DNA of 64,000 nucleotides from Candidatus Kapaibacterium sp. (GCA_937995785.1 CALKJQ010000030.1:353-64352), one strand, 5' to 3'. Positions 31,057 through 41,408 are shown, counted from the stretch's first letter. Notes: generated by a model not told the origin, from the sequence alone. Program-made: numbers and translations.

Positions 31057-34000
31057 TTAGGCATCTTGGGTTGCCACCTTGTGTTTTTTCTCTCTTGCAA
31101 AAATATAATAAAGCGCCGGAATCACAAAAACGGTTAGTATTGTGGATGCAATGATACCGCCAATTGTAACAATTCCAAGGGGAGTGCGGATTTCCACACC
31201 AGCATCGCCCATACCCAAAGCCAATGGCAACATACCAAGAGCCAATGCTGCGTTGGACATTATAATTGGCTTTAATTTAACTTTTGATGCATAAATTAAT
31301 GCTTCTTTGATGTGCTTGCCTTCCTCGCGAATTAGCTGGTTTGCCAAATCCAATATCAAAATTGCATTGTTCACCACAATTCCCGTGAGCAAAATAACCC
31401 CCATCAATCCACTTATGCCCAGTGGAGTGTTCGAAATTACCGAAATCAGCACTACTCCAATCAAACCTAATGGCACCGTAAACATAATATAAATTGGTTG
31501 AATAAAACTTTCGAGTATCGCCGCCAGCAACAAATATGTAAGAATGATGCCCAAAGCGAATGCAAATCCCAAATCCATCATCATTTGCTTAAATATCTTG
31601 GTTTGACCACCCCAAGCATACGAGTATCCTGTTGGGAACTTGACTTCTTGCAATTTCTTTTCGATATCTGCCGAAATATTGCCCAAAACAAATCCAGGTG
31701 CGGGGTTGCCCGTAAACTTTACGGTAAGGAATTTATTGCGATGCAGAACCTTTGTAGGTCCGGGAGTGAATTTGATATCGGCTAAATCCGACATTCTAAA
31801 AATACCGCTACGGGTTACAATTGGTAATTCCTTGATTTTTTGAGGTGCATCGATATCATTTTCCTTCATTTTTATTGTGATATCGTATTCTTCGCCGCGA
31901 ACCTTGAATTTGGTTTGAGCCATTCCTTCTACTGCCAAACGAGTGGTAAGGGCTAATTCATTCAAATTAATTCCAACTTCGGCTAATCTATCCCGATTTG
32001 GGATTATTGTGATTTCGGGTTTACCTGATCTCGTGGATTGTTCGAAATTGGCAAGTCCTGGTGTATCCTTCAATTTATTGAATACTTCGTCGGCAAGTCT
32101 TTGCACGGTGTTTTCGTTTTGCCCTAAAATGTAGAATTCTATTGGCGAGCCAGCGCCTTGGCTTGAAGCTCCTTTGAATACGTTAATTTTTGCATTTTTA
32201 ACGTCGGATAGACGTTCGGAGATATCCTTAACCAATTCGTTCAGTGTTTTGCTCCTATCTTGTTTGTTATCCAAGTACAAGGTTAAGGTTGCTAAGTTCG
32301 ACCCAATATCGATATTGCTGGACTTTCCTAAATCCGAAACAATTTTGTTGATTTCTTGAATTGGTTCTAATTTACTTTCGATAGTATTGATTATTTCGTT
32401 AGTTGCTTGCAAGTTGTAACCAATTGGCAATTCTACTTTTAACGAAATTATGCCTTGGTCGAATTCAGGTTGGAATTCGAATGCAACTTTGCGACCGAAC
32501 ACCATCATAACAAAGATAAACAGAACGATTGTGGCAACAACAGTTAAAATTGATATTAATTTGTTTTTAAGCAATAATTCTATTAATTGTTTGTAGATAT
32601 TAGTAAAGAAATTATCCACAACATTTTCCATAAATTTGGCAATTCGTCCCTTGGATTTCTTTTTGTCAGATATTAATAAATTAGAAAGCATTGGAGTGAG
32701 AATAAAGGAATATAGCAAACTAAAAATAGTGGTAAATGTCGCAGCAAGGGCAAGGTTCCGCAGGAATTGACCAACGATACTCGAGAGATTGGCAAGTGGG
32801 ACAAAAACAACTATATTAGTCAAGGTGGAAGCCAAGACAGCAACAAAAACTTCGTTGGTTCCTTTGATTGTTGCTTCATAGGTTTTTAAGCCCAATTCTT
32901 TGTAACGGAAAATATTTTCGATAATCACTACTGCATTGGCAACCAGCACTCCAATTGTAACACTTATACCCATCAATGAAAGTAAGTTGATGTCCAATCC
33001 CACCGCTTGGAACAACATAAAAGATGAAATAACAGAAGTTGGCATCATCACTGCAGCTATCAAAGTGGAACGCCAATCGTGCAAGAAAATAAATAGAACA
33101 ATTGCGGTTAAAATTATACCTAAGTAAATATTACTAAGGGTATCATTCACCGAGCTTTCGACAAAAGTGGCTTGTTCGTTCACGATTTTCAGTTCAGTGC
33201 CCGGTGGGAGGGATTTTTGCAAATCAGGAAGTAATTCCTGAAGAAGTTTAACAACTTCCACTACATTTCCATCGGGACTTTTGATAACACCAATGCGGAT
33301 TGCGTTGTCGTATTTCACCTTGTAATCGGTATCGAAATAAATTGCACGTTGCTTCACTTTTTTAGTGGTATCAACAACATTGGCAAGTTCACGGATTTTT
33401 TTCATACCAAAGGGGGTTGCCACCTGTGTTTCGGAAATAGTAGCAACGGTATCGAATTGCCCTTTAACGCGAACGGAGAATTCTTGGTCGCCAATATCGA
33501 AACTACCTCCGGGTAAGTCCATATTTTGTGCCGCCAATGCTCCCATCATCGCAGGAAGAGAAAGCATATTTTCGAATACAACACGGTCGTCCAATTGCAC
33601 CTGAATTTCTCGTTCACGTCCACCGGTTAGAGTAACGTTGGCAACGCCTTTGATTTGCGAAATCCTATTTTTTACAATTTTATCTGCTATATCAAACAAT
33701 TCCTTTGGGTCGGATTCGCCACTAAGAACCAAGTCGGCAACTGGTGTTGCTCTAAAGTCCACCTTCTGTATAAGTGGCTTTTTGGCGTCGCTTGGCAGAA
33801 AATTAATTATTTGGTCAACTTTATCTTTCACTTCTTGGTTTGCAACATCGATATCTTTGTTCAAGCTAAATTCTATGATTACAATCGAAACCCCATCGAG
33901 CGAGTAAGAGTCCATAGTTTCGATACCTTCGATAGTGGCAACTATGTCCTCAATCTTTTTTGTTACGAGTGTTTCAATTTCTTTTGGTCCAGCACCAGGA

Positions 34001-34152
34001 TAAATAGTTTGAATTGTTACAAATGGAATTTTAACATCGGGCATTAGGTTCAAACTGAGGGAACGAAAGCCTAAAAATCCAAATATAGCAAATACCAAAA
34101 CAATCACAGTCATCATTACGGGGCGTTTTACCGCTAATTCGGCAATTCTCAT
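31057..34152 (-). CDS. RND efflux transporter permease (AcrB/HAE1-like)
   Basis: The 1031-aa size fits the family. The N-terminus MRIAELAVKRPVMMTVIVL and a 12-TM pattern with two large periplasmic loops are present. Confidence 0.9.
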   Translation of the reverse strand: MRIAELAVKRPVMMTVIVLVFAIFGFLGFRSLSLNLMPDVKIPFVTIQTIYPGAGPKEIETLVTKKIEDIVATIEGIETMDSYSLDGVSIVIIEFSLNKDIDVANQEVKDKVDQIINFLPSDAKKPLIQKVDFRATPVADLVLSGESDPKELFDIADKIVKNRISQIKGVANVTLTGGREREIQVQLDDRVVFENMLSLPAMMGALAAQNMDLPGGSFDIGDQEFSVRVKGQFDTVATISETQVATPFGMKKIRELANVVDTTKKVKQRAIYFDTDYKVKYDNAIRIGVIKSPDGNVVEVVKLLQELLPDLQKSLPPGTELKIVNEQATFVESSVNDTLSNIYLGIILTAIVLFIFLHDWRSTLIAAVMMPTSVISSFMLFQAVGLDINLLSLMGISVTIGVLVANAVVIIENIFRYKELGLKTYEATIKGTNEVFVAVLASTLTNIVVFVPLANLSSIVGQFLRNLALAATFTTIFSLLYSFILTPMLSNLLISDKKKSKGRIAKFMENVVDNFFTNIYKQLIELLLKNKLISILTVVATIVLFIFVMMVFGRKVAFEFQPEFDQGIISLKVELPIGYNLQATNEIINTIESKLEPIQEINKIVSDLGKSSNIDIGSNLATLTLYLDNKQDRSKTLNELVKDISERLSDVKNAKINVFKGASSQGAGSPIEFYILGQNENTVQRLADEVFNKLKDTPGLANFEQSTRSGKPEITIIPNRDRLAEVGINLNELALTTRLAVEGMAQTKFKVRGEEYDITIKMKENDIDAPQKIKELPIVTRSGIFRMSDLADIKFTPGPTKVLHRNKFLTVKFTGNPAPGFVLGNISADIEKKLQEVKFPTGYSYAWGGQTKIFKQMMMDLGFAFALGIILTYLLLAAILESFIQPIYIMFTVPLGLIGVVLISVISNTPLGISGLMGVILLTGIVVNNAILILDLANQLIREEGKHIKEALIYASKVKLKPIIMSNAALALGMLPLALGMGDAGVEIRTPLGIVTIGGIIASTILTVFVIPALYYIFAREKKHKVATQDA

Positions 34153-34164
34153 ATTGTTTGCTCC

Positions 34165-35208
34165 TTAGTTTTGTACTAAAATTTTGGTACCATTTGCTAT
34201 AAGCGAAACACCTTGATAAATTAATTTGTCGCCAGGTTTCAATCCATTTATTATCTCGACATTTTCGCCAATTGCTTTGCCAACCGAAACTTCTGTTGCG
34301 GTTGCCTTGTCGCCATCTGCTAAATACACATAGTTTTTACCAGCAATAACCGAAACAGCACTTCGAGGGATTACTATTGCATTTGGATTTTTGTAATAAT
34401 CTAACTTAACATCCACGGTCATGCCAACCTTCAATTCTCGGTTCGTATTCGGGAATTCTGCAATTATTTTAAATGCTTTTCTCATTTGGTCTTGTGCTAA
34501 TGCTACTTCTGTTATTCTCCCATTATAAACTTTATCATTTTTTTCAATTGTTACGGCTAATCCACTTTTTATGTATTGCAATTCTTCGTCGTTTACAAAG
34601 AAAATAGCTCTCATCCTGTCCATTTGGGCAATTGTAAAGATTTTATCCCCAACCTTTACTTTGTTGCCTTCTTCGGCAAATTTTTCGACTAATAAACCCG
34701 AGATAGGAGCTTCGACAAACAACATTTGCTTTAGTGCTTCATAATTGCGCTTTGCCACCAAATATTGAGTTTCGATGTTGTCGAAATTTTGTTGTGAGGT
34801 TTCGCCTCCAGCCAACAATGCTTTCATTCTTTCGTAGGTTTTCGAAAAATTCTCGTAGCCAACTTTTGCTTGTTCGAATTGAAGAGCCGGATTGTTGGTT
34901 GGAAATTGACAAACGATTTGACCCTCGCGAATAGCACTCCCCACTTTAAAAGGAAATTTCTCGATTTTGTCGCCTACCATCGAGGCTACTGTTGCCTGAC
35001 GAATCCCTTCTAATGTTGATAGAAATTTTAAATCGAGTTTTAATTCCTGCGTTGTGATATCCATTGTTTTTACGGGAACGCCTTGCTCTTTTTGGATTTG
35101 CTCAATTGATTTTACTACAACTTTTTCTTTCTTTTCGCAGGATTGCAAACCCACAATTGCAATAGATGCTGCAAAAATAACTAATACTTTGAGATAATTT
35201 TTAAACAT
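34165..35208 (-). CDS. RND efflux periplasmic adaptor (membrane fusion protein), lipoprotein
   Basis: A lipobox GLQSC is present. A biotinyl-lipoyl/beta-barrel adaptor pattern is suggested by APISGLLVEKFAEEGNKVKVGDKIF. The gene lies between the TolC-like and RND genes. Confidence 0.85.
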   Translation of the reverse strand: MFKNYLKVLVIFAASIAIVGLQSCEKKEKVVVKSIEQIQKEQGVPVKTMDITTQELKLDLKFLSTLEGIRQATVASMVGDKIEKFPFKVGSAIREGQIVCQFPTNNPALQFEQAKVGYENFSKTYERMKALLAGGETSQQNFDNIETQYLVAKRNYEALKQMLFVEAPISGLLVEKFAEEGNKVKVGDKIFTIAQMDRMRAIFFVNDEELQYIKSGLAVTIEKNDKVYNGRITEVALAQDQMRKAFKIIAEFPNTNRELKVGMTVDVKLDYYKNPNAIVIPRSAVSVIAGKNYVYLADGDKATATEVSVGKAIGENVEIINGLKPGDKLIYQGVSLIANGTKILVQN

Positions 35209-35243
35209 TTTATATACTCCAATTATTTTTCAATTTTAATTAA

Positions 35244-36701
35244 TTATTTATTTATTTTGATTCTAAGATATTTCTGCTCTACTTTTCCTATTAAAGCATT
35301 GATATCAAACAAGATTGTGTTATATTGATAAACTGATTGCAATCTATTGGTTTTGGCTTGGCGTAGTGCAATCTCGGCATTCTCGATTTCCAATTGATTG
35401 CCCGTGCCATTTTTGTAGCGTAATTGAGCTATTTCGAAGGTTTTTGTTGCCAATTCAACATTTCTATCCTGAGCTTGTATATTGCTTTCGATTTTCTTTA
35501 ATTCAACCAATTTAGATTTTACTTGTGCGGAGATGAAGTTTTCGAGCTGTGCTATAGATTCTTCGGTTTTCATCACATTAATCTGCCCTTGCTCAACCTT
35601 TTGCGTTGTTCGCCAGCCATTAAATAAATTAATAGACAGCGACAACCCAACAACAGCTTGGCGATAATTCTGGAAGTCGAACTTATCGCTACTTCCGCTT
35701 AACGAATAACTACCGAAGCCTGCTAAGGTGGGATAAAACGTCGAAATATCCAAATCAATTAATGCTTCGTCGAAATCGCGTTTTACTTTAAGTGTTTTTA
35801 GATCGGGGTTGTTTTCGCGGGCTTGCTTTATCACATCGCTTTCGTCTGCGATATTGCTTTTGGCAAATTGAATTTCGCCAATTAATTGAATATTTTCTTC
35901 TTGGGGCATCCCTAATACGACTTTGAGGTTGTTAAGCACGGTTTCCAAATTGCTTTCCATTTGCAGAACCAATGGGCGTATGTTTTCCACCTGAACTTCG
36001 GCACGCATTGCATCGAATTCGGCAACCATTCCTTGCTTGTATAAAGCACGAACGCTCGCTAAGTTGTCCTCCGCATTTTTTAGGCTTTCCTTTGTAATTT
36101 TCAGCACTTCCTGCGAAAGCAAGGCGCCATAGAAGGCTTTTTTAACATTGGAAATAGTTGTATTAATCTTGGAAACTAATGCTTCGCGCGCTAATTGCTG
36201 ATATACTCCAGCAGAACTAATGCCTTTGAATACAGTAGATGAAAATAAAACTTGTTGCAATTGCAAAGTAGCAGTGTAGCTATTTGCCAAAGCAAAAGAT
36301 TGCAACTTGGTTTCCATTGGCATCATTTTGCTGTTGTCTTGAGGCACTAACTTTTCCTTGAACAATACTCCGTAAGTTGCATTGTTAAGCAAAGCATTGA
36401 AATCGGGAAAAGGCATTTGAGGTTTTTCGATAAAGTGAGTAAATTGGGTAGAAAAATCGAGCGTTGGCATAGCATAGCCATATGCTTCTTTGACTGCGGC
36501 ATTTGCCCTGTCTAATTCCAACTGGGCAATCCTCACATCATTATTGTTGGATAGTGCTACAGAGATTGCTGAGTCGAGGGTTAATTCGCGGCACTGTAGC
36601 TTGTTAGCAGCAATTATTATCATTGCCGTTAATATCATTAGCTTTAAAAACTTTTTTGTGAACATATAAATATATAATTTATTTAACATTTTTCTCTTCA
36701 T
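35244..36701 (-). CDS. TolC-family outer-membrane efflux protein
   Basis: Two OEP-type repeats with coiled-coil heptads are seen, and it is the first structural gene of the efflux operon. A start at M13 (36665, MFTKKFLKLMIL) would remove the 23-nt overlap with the tetR stop. Confidence 0.8.
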   Translation of the reverse strand: MKRKMLNKLYIYMFTKKFLKLMILTAMIIIAANKLQCRELTLDSAISVALSNNNDVRIAQLELDRANAAVKEAYGYAMPTLDFSTQFTHFIEKPQMPFPDFNALLNNATYGVLFKEKLVPQDNSKMMPMETKLQSFALANSYTATLQLQQVLFSSTVFKGISSAGVYQQLAREALVSKINTTISNVKKAFYGALLSQEVLKITKESLKNAEDNLASVRALYKQGMVAEFDAMRAEVQVENIRPLVLQMESNLETVLNNLKVVLGMPQEENIQLIGEIQFAKSNIADESDVIKQARENNPDLKTLKVKRDFDEALIDLDISTFYPTLAGFGSYSLSGSSDKFDFQNYRQAVVGLSLSINLFNGWRTTQKVEQGQINVMKTEESIAQLENFISAQVKSKLVELKKIESNIQAQDRNVELATKTFEIAQLRYKNGTGNQLEIENAEIALRQAKTNRLQSVYQYNTILFDINALIGKVEQKYLRIKINK

Positions 36702-37353
36702 TAGGGTTCAATTTATGACATAATTTTGAATTCTCTATGCCTTTTTCGGTTAATAATCCCGTGAATAGGATTTTAAAAATATTGTCCAATATCTCATTAG
36801 TATTCATCGATAATTCCGAAATAACTTCGGGAGTGAGAATATTGTCCAATACGTAAACGTGAATATAATAAGCAAGCTTAGCATCGATATCTTTGCGAAC
36901 GTAACCGCTTTGCTGACCAAATTCGAAAAGTCTTCCAAAATATTGAGCCATCTTGTTCCTTCTGAATTCGCGAATATTGGACCACAATGACGGATAAAAT
37001 CGCTTTAAATCGACTAAAAAGGGCTTGGTAATTATTGTTATTAAGATATTAACCTTTTGCATTAATTGATGGAAAACTTCGGTGAAGTCTGCTGTTTCAT
37101 CATTTTCTATTCTATCTATCACCGTTTGCCAAAAGTAGTCCATTTGGTTCAACGACCATAGTATGATTGCTTCAATCAATTCCTCTTTGCTTTTGAACAC
37201 TTCGTAAAGGGTTTTTTTGCTTATTCCGCATTCTGAAGCAATCATATCGGTGCTCACCGATTTTATCCCCATAGTGCGGAATAATTCAATCGAAGTAAAG
37301 AGGATTTTGTCCTTTATTTCCGAACCCGATTTAATATTTTCGATATTCATCAT
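36679..37353 (-). CDS. TetR/AcrR-family transcriptional regulator
   Basis: The N-terminal helix-turn-helix is ELFRTMGIKSVSTDMIASECGISKKTLYEVF. The gene heads the efflux operon. Confidence 0.85.
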   Translation of the reverse strand: MMNIENIKSGSEIKDKILFTSIELFRTMGIKSVSTDMIASECGISKKTLYEVFKSKEELIEAIILWSLNQMDYFWQTVIDRIENDETADFTEVFHQLMQKVNILITIITKPFLVDLKRFYPSLWSNIREFRRNKMAQYFGRLFEFGQQSGYVRKDIDAKLAYYIHVYVLDNILTPEVISELSMNTNEILDNIFKILFTGLLTEKGIENSKLCHKLNPNEEKNVK

Positions 37354-37471
37354 AATACTTAAAAAAACTCAAAAAACTCAAAAAACATTTATAGTTTTTT
37401 TTCATAATACGAACATATTTTTAAAATGTTGCAAAAATTTTATAATTTTACAAAAAAATTTTTGAGTTTAT

Positions 37472-37957
37472 ATGAATTTTAGAGAAACTGATTTGCCGGG
37501 TATTGGCAAAAAATATACTCTCAACCTAACCAACGGACAAGATATTGCAATAGTAATGCATCTTTCGGGAAAACGCGAGATATTTTATTTCGACGATCCC
37601 GATAACGATCCACAATTCCACTTTGTGATGAACGAAGAGGAGGCTCAATTACTTGGCTCGGTATTGTTGGGGTCTTATTTCAAACCAGAACAAGAGCAAC
37701 AAAAAGAATTGTTAATGGGCAAGCTATCAATCGAGTGGGTTACTATCGATAAGCAGTGTTCGCTTGTTGATAAATCAATTCTCCAATCCGAAATCCGTAA
37801 GACAACGGGAGTTACGATTATTGCTATCATCCGAGGTAAAGATAGCATTATAAACCCATTACCCGACGAAATAATTATGGAAAAGGATACCCTAGTGGTT
37901 GTCGGCAACCGGGAGCAAACAAAAATATTCAACAAAAAGTACGGCTTCAATGTCTGA
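37472..37957 (+). CDS. khtT: K+/H+ antiporter regulatory subunit, KhtT-like (N-terminal domain plus RCK_C/TrkA-C)
   Basis: The N-terminus ETDLPGIGKKYTL and the C-terminal TrkA-C pattern (SLVDKSILQSEIRKTTGVTIIAIIRG...GDTLVVVG-like) fit KhtT. Its end overlaps the antiporter gene start. Confidence 0.7.
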   Translation: MNFRETDLPGIGKKYTLNLTNGQDIAIVMHLSGKREIFYFDDPDNDPQFHFVMNEEEAQLLGSVLLGSYFKPEQEQQKELLMGKLSIEWVTIDKQCSLVDKSILQSEIRKTTGVTIIAIIRGKDSIINPLPDEIIMEKDTLVVVGNREQTKIFNKKYGFNV

Positions 37958-39086
37958 AATCCCACTATTACTGATTGTTGGATTGGGGGCGTTGGCGATT
38001 TTCCTTTTTGGCTATATTGGCAAAAAGATAAAGTTACCACAGCTGCTTTTTTATATATTTGCCGGTTTCATATTATCGCAATTTATCGATTTTAACGAGG
38101 AATTCGATTTTATTGCAAAGTTGGGCATTGTTGTGCTATTCTTTTTTATTGGCTTGGAATTCAACATATTAAAAGTTATCGAGATTTCGCGAAAAATTTG
38201 GGTGATTGGTATAATTGATTTAATTTTAAACTTTCTTCTAATCTTTGGGATATTATTAGCCATTGGCGAAAGTTTTGTTGTATCATTCGGCATAGCAAGT
38301 ATTGTATATGCGTCGTCCTCGTCGATTATTATCAAAATTATTGTTGATAATCACAGGATAGCCAATCCCGAAACCGATTTTTTGCTTGGTATATCGGTTT
38401 TCGAAGATATTGTGGCGCCTATCCTCCTTGCATTTGCAGCTTCGATATCAATTGGCAAGGATATTTCCTTCGTCGTTACAGCCGTAATTTTTGGTAAAAT
38501 CCTTTTAGTTATTTTATTAGGGATAGTTGCGGCATTTTTATCGAGAAAATACCTAATTAAGATAATTGAAAAATATTTGAACGACGAGATTATGATAGCA
38601 TTGATATTGGGTTTTGTGATTTTTTTGGCAGGTTTCACCGAGTATTTACACCTATCGGAAGCGCTGGGTGCATTTGTTGCTGGTTTGATTATTGCCGAAT
38701 CGAACAAAAAGTTCGAAATAGCTCAGATAACAATTCCAATTAGAGATTTCTTTGTAACATTCTTTTTCTTCTATTTTGGGGTTAACCTTAAAAGTAGTTC
38801 ATTTCAAGATTTTTCGTGGTTTCTTGTTTTGCTTGTTATTTATTCTATCGCAGGCAAATTCATTACTGGGTTTGTTGGTGGAAAAATGTACGGACTTTCG
38901 AAACGGCGGTCTTTTATTTCGGGATTGCAACTCATTCCAAGAGGAGAATTTTCGATAGTGCTCGCAAAGTATCTACCTTTGCTTTTGATACCTCTTGCAA
39001 ATATATACATATTTACAATGGCATTAATCGGAACAATCTTAGGTTATTTTTCCTACAAAATATCCGACAAAATTTATAAAAAGTAG
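37950..39086 (+). CDS. khtU: Cation:proton antiporter (CPA2, KhtU/Kef-like membrane subunit)
   Basis: It is a polytopic membrane protein with GLEFN and RGEFSIVLA motifs. The start is placed at MSEIPLLL (ATG at 37950), giving an ATGTCTGA overlap with khtT. Confidence 0.75.
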   Translation: MSEIPLLLIVGLGALAIFLFGYIGKKIKLPQLLFYIFAGFILSQFIDFNEEFDFIAKLGIVVLFFFIGLEFNILKVIEISRKIWVIGIIDLILNFLLIFGILLAIGESFVVSFGIASIVYASSSSIIIKIIVDNHRIANPETDFLLGISVFEDIVAPILLAFAASISIGKDISFVVTAVIFGKILLVILLGIVAAFLSRKYLIKIIEKYLNDEIMIALILGFVIFLAGFTEYLHLSEALGAFVAGLIIAESNKKFEIAQITIPIRDFFVTFFFFYFGVNLKSSSFQDFSWFLVLLVIYSIAGKFITGFVGGKMYGLSKRRSFISGLQLIPRGEFSIVLAKYLPLLLIPLANIYIFTMALIGTILGYFSYKISDKIYKK

Positions 39087-39196
39087 AAAAATAATTTATT
39101 CTATTGAATAAATTATTCATTGTTTTTTTTCCATTATGTTCAATTACGATGTTATGTAATATTATTTTTAAATTAAGTCTATCGTCAAATACTGAT

Positions 39197-39246
39197 AAAA
39201 AAAAGAGATTGTCCCTACGGGGGGGGCAACCTCTTTTAAAAAAGGT
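39197..39246. terminator. Bidirectional intrinsic terminator containing a G8 tract
   Basis: AAAAAAAAGAGATTGTCCC-TACGGGG-GGGGCAACCTCTTTTAAAAAA forms a 13-bp stem with one mismatch and one wobble on either strand. A and T tracts lie on both sides. It sits between convergent genes ending at 39086 and 39273. Confidence 0.6.
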
Positions 39247-39272
39247 TTTTTGCAGTTATAAATCGAAACCTT

Positions 39273-41408
39273 TTATTTTTTGATGAACTTTTCTATAATT
39301 ATTCCTTTTGGTGTTGTTACTTTCACAAAGTATAAACCACTCGATATTCCTGTTAAACTTATTTTGAAAGAATCTCCATTTATATTATCTAATGCCATTA
39401 CATTTTTCCCAAAAACATCAATAATTTTAACATTAGTAATAACTTCGGGATATTTGAAGGTCAATATTAAAAATTCTTCAGTTGGATTTGGGAATAATTC
39501 AACTAAGTTATTAATTAGGTAATTAGTTACTTTTTGTCCTTCTTCGGTTGTAAAGCTAAAAGTTGAAGACCAATTACTAAATCCTGATTCACCTAATGAT
39601 TGAACTCTCCAGAAATATTTAGTTTTAGGTTGTAACATTTCGTTGCCCATTAATTGATATTCATTTGTGTCGATAATCTTATTTAGAACAATATCCGATT
39701 GTGGGAATAGGCTTGTTTTGGATATTTGTAATCTATATTGTGTTGCATAGTCAACTTTCGTCCACACGAACTTAGTGTTCAATTTAACGTTAATTTCGTT
39801 CAATTTCGGTTCATTCAAAGTAGCAACATCGGGAACGGGGTCGGGTTGTTTGGTTTGGAATTTCCAAGTGGACGACCAAGTGCTGTTCTGACCACCTGCC
39901 TTACTTCTTACTCGCCAGTAATAAGTGGTCTTAGGATCAAATTTTTCGAAAGGTACGGTGTAAGTAGTATCGGGAGTAAAGGAATCGACTATAACACTGA
40001 ATCCCGAGAAGTCGCTTTTCAACGACACCTGAATTTGATATTCTTCTGCACTTGGGATTAATCTCCAAACTAAAGTAGGAGTAATTGAAATTTCAGTTGA
40101 TTCATTTGGCGGATAAACAAGTTCGGGTTTGTCGGGTTTTGGTGCAGCAGTAGTAAACGAACGAATTGGAGTCCACTCACTTTCGCCAACGTCGTTGATA
40201 GCTTTCACTCTCCAATAGTAAGTGGTGAGTTGTTCCAACCCATTAACGATAAAGCCATTCGATATTGATGCTTCGTCTTTGATAGGTTTACTCATATCGG
40301 GATTTTTTGATAGTTGAAATCGATACTTGTAAGTAAATTCACTAATACTCCAAGAAAATGCAAGATTGAAAGGCATATTTGTTGCACCATCAGCGGGATA
40401 GGAAAGAATTGGAGTGTTGGGTTTCAATCCCATTACGTTAGTAGTGAGTTTAAACCAATAGTTATATTCTTTAGGTTGACCATTAACCACAATACCTTTG
40501 ATATTGACATTATAGCGAACTTCGTTTTGCATCCCATCGACCAACCATCGGAAATTATTATGGATAGCACCCCATCCTTCAGCGTCATAAACATAGGAAT
40601 GCACATTCAATTTGTTTCCGTTATCATCAGTTACTGTAACCTGTGCGTTCGAGTAGTCAACTTTATTGTTTCTGCCCCAACTATTCATATCATAAATTGG
40701 CGAAAAGGATAGATACCAAGATTTGTTAACCAATTCTATAGGATAGTTCTGGAATGGATAAGCAACAAATTCAACGGGGCGGTCTTGAATGCCTCCGTTA
40801 ACTCTGTCAAGATACAACAACGACATTCCTGAACAATAATAATTATCAACATTGGATTTGCCATCAACACGTCCAAAAGCAATACTCGTTAAAAACGGAT
40901 TGATAATAGCGCGACGGTGTCCGCAACGGTCGGGTGCATTACCCGATTTGTCGTCTATCATCCATCCGATAATCGATTCGATTGATTTTGGATTTAATGT
41001 ATTGGATGTGCTTCGGTTCAAATGCAAGTTGGAGTTATCTGCACCATAATAGCCATCATTAGAATAACAAGACCAACTGGCGGGTGGTTGATGCGACAAA
41101 GCGGAATTTGCCGCCATTATCAAGGATGATTTTTGTGCATAAATATCGCCATTCAAATCGTATTGCACTGGTTTTAATCCATGAATACTTCTAATAAAAT
41201 TGATATAGTTCAAGATTTCTGCTTTTTCGGAATCTTTAAGGACACCTTCGAAACAATTCTGAATATTTGGTGATTGAGAATAGTGTTCATCCCACCCTAA
41301 AATCTTGTAAATGTTATCATTTTTTTGCGAAAGAGCATTGATAAATGAAAATAATACTCCACTTGATAAAAAGATAAAGAAATAATAGAAATAAAATTTT
41401 GTTTTCAT
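39273..41408 (-). CDS. Secreted CAP/SCP-domain protein with three tandem FN3-like modules and a T9SS C-terminal sorting domain
   Basis: It has a signal peptide. The CAP-like region includes YINFIRSIHGLKPV...LSHQPP...CGHRRAIINP. There are three repeats of about 95 aa ending TxYYWRV...W(S/T)..xxF(T/Q)T. The C-terminus LFPNPTEEFLILTF...LYFVKVTT..KFIKK is a sorting domain. Confidence 0.7.
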   Translation of the reverse strand: MKTKFYFYYFFIFLSSGVLFSFINALSQKNDNIYKILGWDEHYSQSPNIQNCFEGVLKDSEKAEILNYINFIRSIHGLKPVQYDLNGDIYAQKSSLIMAANSALSHQPPASWSCYSNDGYYGADNSNLHLNRSTSNTLNPKSIESIIGWMIDDKSGNAPDRCGHRRAIINPFLTSIAFGRVDGKSNVDNYYCSGMSLLYLDRVNGGIQDRPVEFVAYPFQNYPIELVNKSWYLSFSPIYDMNSWGRNNKVDYSNAQVTVTDDNGNKLNVHSYVYDAEGWGAIHNNFRWLVDGMQNEVRYNVNIKGIVVNGQPKEYNYWFKLTTNVMGLKPNTPILSYPADGATNMPFNLAFSWSISEFTYKYRFQLSKNPDMSKPIKDEASISNGFIVNGLEQLTTYYWRVKAINDVGESEWTPIRSFTTAAPKPDKPELVYPPNESTEISITPTLVWRLIPSAEEYQIQVSLKSDFSGFSVIVDSFTPDTTYTVPFEKFDPKTTYYWRVRSKAGGQNSTWSSTWKFQTKQPDPVPDVATLNEPKLNEINVKLNTKFVWTKVDYATQYRLQISKTSLFPQSDIVLNKIIDTNEYQLMGNEMLQPKTKYFWRVQSLGESGFSNWSSTFSFTTEEGQKVTNYLINNLVELFPNPTEEFLILTFKYPEVITNVKIIDVFGKNVMALDNINGDSFKISLTGISSGLYFVKVTTPKGIIIEKFIKK
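39546..40424 (-). repeat. Three tandem protein-domain repeats (about 95 aa each, FN3-like) inside the CAP-domain gene
   Basis: At aa 329-621 the pattern P..P.L..P......(I/V)....F.W.......Y..Q(L/V)S......-...TTYYWRV(K/R)-...(E/S)W(S/T)....F(T/Q)T recurs three times. The similarity is at protein level, not as near-identical DNA. Confidence 0.6.

Noticed and set aside
37675-38707. Minus-strand ORFs of 121, 94 and 118 aa.
   Set aside because: They are antisense to the khtT/khtU-like genes, whose membrane-protein and TrkA-C motifs are clear.
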